Part shown: in pieces, positions 62,527 through 64,000 of the stretch
Position numbering within the stretch: the stretch's first letter is position 1
Layout: each line of letters starts with the position of its first letter
DNA from: Phoronis australis
Taxonomy: Eukaryota > Animalia > Phoronida
Direction of reading: 5' to 3'
DNA length: 64,000 nt
Assembly: GCA_002633005.1 (NCBI GenBank)
Contig: NMRA01000078.1
Span: forward strand, 880,233-944,232
Made by a program: the position numbers and the translations under genes
The notes under the pieces: model-generated
Told to the model about the DNA's origin: nothing
What the model saw: only the letters and a program-made list of their open reading frames with translations
Databases searched by the model: none

Positions 62527-62841
62527 TAAAACCTTGGTCGTCTCGGTAATTTACCTATCGCAAGCTCCGCCCCCTTGCAAAAGTCGACAATAAGTTTTAC
62601 CCCACCGGGTAAAATTTGCAGCTTGGAAACGAACAAGGTGCGTCAAGAATGCTGCATTCTGATTAGTCAGTTAAGCCATCACTCAAAATTCTGGTGATCG
62701 GTCAATTACGTTTGTGACTCGCAAAGCAATTTTTTCTAAATGAAATTATCTGTGAACTCTCCTGATGCTTCTTCAATTTCTATAAATTTTTCTGGCCTGG
62801 ACTTTTCTTGTCATTTTCCATGTTCTACCTGGTGATTGAGA

Positions 62842-63060
62842 CAGGGATTATATTGATCAGTGTCAAAAAGGAGGAAAAATTTCCAGGTAATGTATCACAA
62901 ACAGGCTTGTGTGACACAAATATTTCTTGTGTTGTAAAATTTAAATGAAATAAACATTTTTGCATGAATAAAGTCAAAAAAGGAAACGGGAAATCAAATA
63001 TGAGGAAATCAAAACCAAATAAGAGGAAATCCTCGTAGAAAAGGAAAAATCCAAGACCTG
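62842..63060. mobile_element. Diverged copy of the same MITE family
   Basis: Colinear with 62334-62526. Ends CAGGG...CCAAGACCTG, with TGAGA on both sides. Confidence 0.65.
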
Positions 63061-64000
63061 TGAGAACCAAGACATGTAAACCAATTTGTAATTGGCCCCT
63101 TGAGATACTTCACCTCCTAATTGCCCTTTCCAAACCAACTGAGTTTGCACGAGAAATGCGTTGGAATAAAACGCTTGATCTGATATGGCACTAAAACATC
63201 GACATGACCCTTTATCTATGAACAGATGTAGGCATGAGAAACTATGATTGCTTTAAAACTGATTAATTTATATACCGTAACCTGTGTAACCACCAAAACC
63301 ATGAAGATTCAAAGTAACTATAAGCACTCGAAATAATATAACTAGTTATTGCTTCCTCTTGGTGTCATGCTGCATGACTGACCACTATGGAATGGCGATA
63401 ACATAAAATGTAACATGGAATGGTTTGAACACTACAGGATATGTACAAAATCTTTAAGAGACAAAAAGTGCACTTCAGGAGGCACACAACGCTTAATGTA
63501 ATGTGCCCTAACTTATGCTGCCAAAAATTAGAAAAATTAATCAATTTGGGACAAAGAAATTGCTAAAATTGTCAATTTTCTAAGGCTTACTACAATGCTG
63601 CAAATGTTATATAATCAAATGTTCTTTTGTAACAGCTCAACCTATTAACAGAATTAGAAATATTTTCTTGAAATGATTTCTGATCAGAAGACCAAGAAAA
63701 TGAATTTCCACTTGACTGTCGTATTTTGTCCCAAATTGAACAATTTTACCAACTGATTTTAACTCTTAATGTATTAGCGCCTGGGAACTCAGCATGACAA
63801 ATAAACCTCCTTGATGGCTGATGACTGTAGTAGCATGATTGGCTGATCAAATGTGAGGATAAGAACAAATCAAACGTGTCGCATTGTCAGAGTGATTACT
63901 AGTTATCACAAATGATCAATAGAGTTGACAAAAAATCAGGTGTCCACATGCACTCATACAATATGAATTTACTAACTTCGCAGAAGTCTCAACATCAGGG

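Overview
Eukaryotic (animal, probably marine invertebrate) genomic DNA, AT-rich, with GT-AG spliced genes. No prokaryotic features, rRNA or CRISPR were seen. Hand-built gene models that close in frame: RXYLT1/TMEM5 (+, 6 coding exons), an intronless class A peptide-type GPCR (-), an intronless RING/B-box/coiled-coil/NHL TRIM (-), THNSL1 (+, 8 exons), MANBAL (+, 2 exons), an unrecognised 302-aa AT-hook ORF (-), and TXNL4B (-, 3 exons) head-to-head with TRMT10C (+, 2 coding exons). Introns and intergenic DNA carry many MITEs, a tRNA-headed SINE family, LINE remnants and a decayed Penelope-like (RT + GIY-YIG) retroelement. Four tandem 'duplications' sit at single-N joins and are most likely both haplotypes or overlapping contig ends assembled side by side, which exposes insertion and inversion differences. 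The most striking signal is a small non-coding retroposon family carrying a minimal type I hammerhead ribozyme. It occurs as a solo copy with a 13-bp TSD in a THNSL1 intron, and as a 277-bp fold-back palindrome with a hammerhead on each strand just upstream of the TRMT10C coding exon. The palindrome's 25-bp spacer is flipped between the two assembled copies. All calls were made by eye, and no database searches were run.
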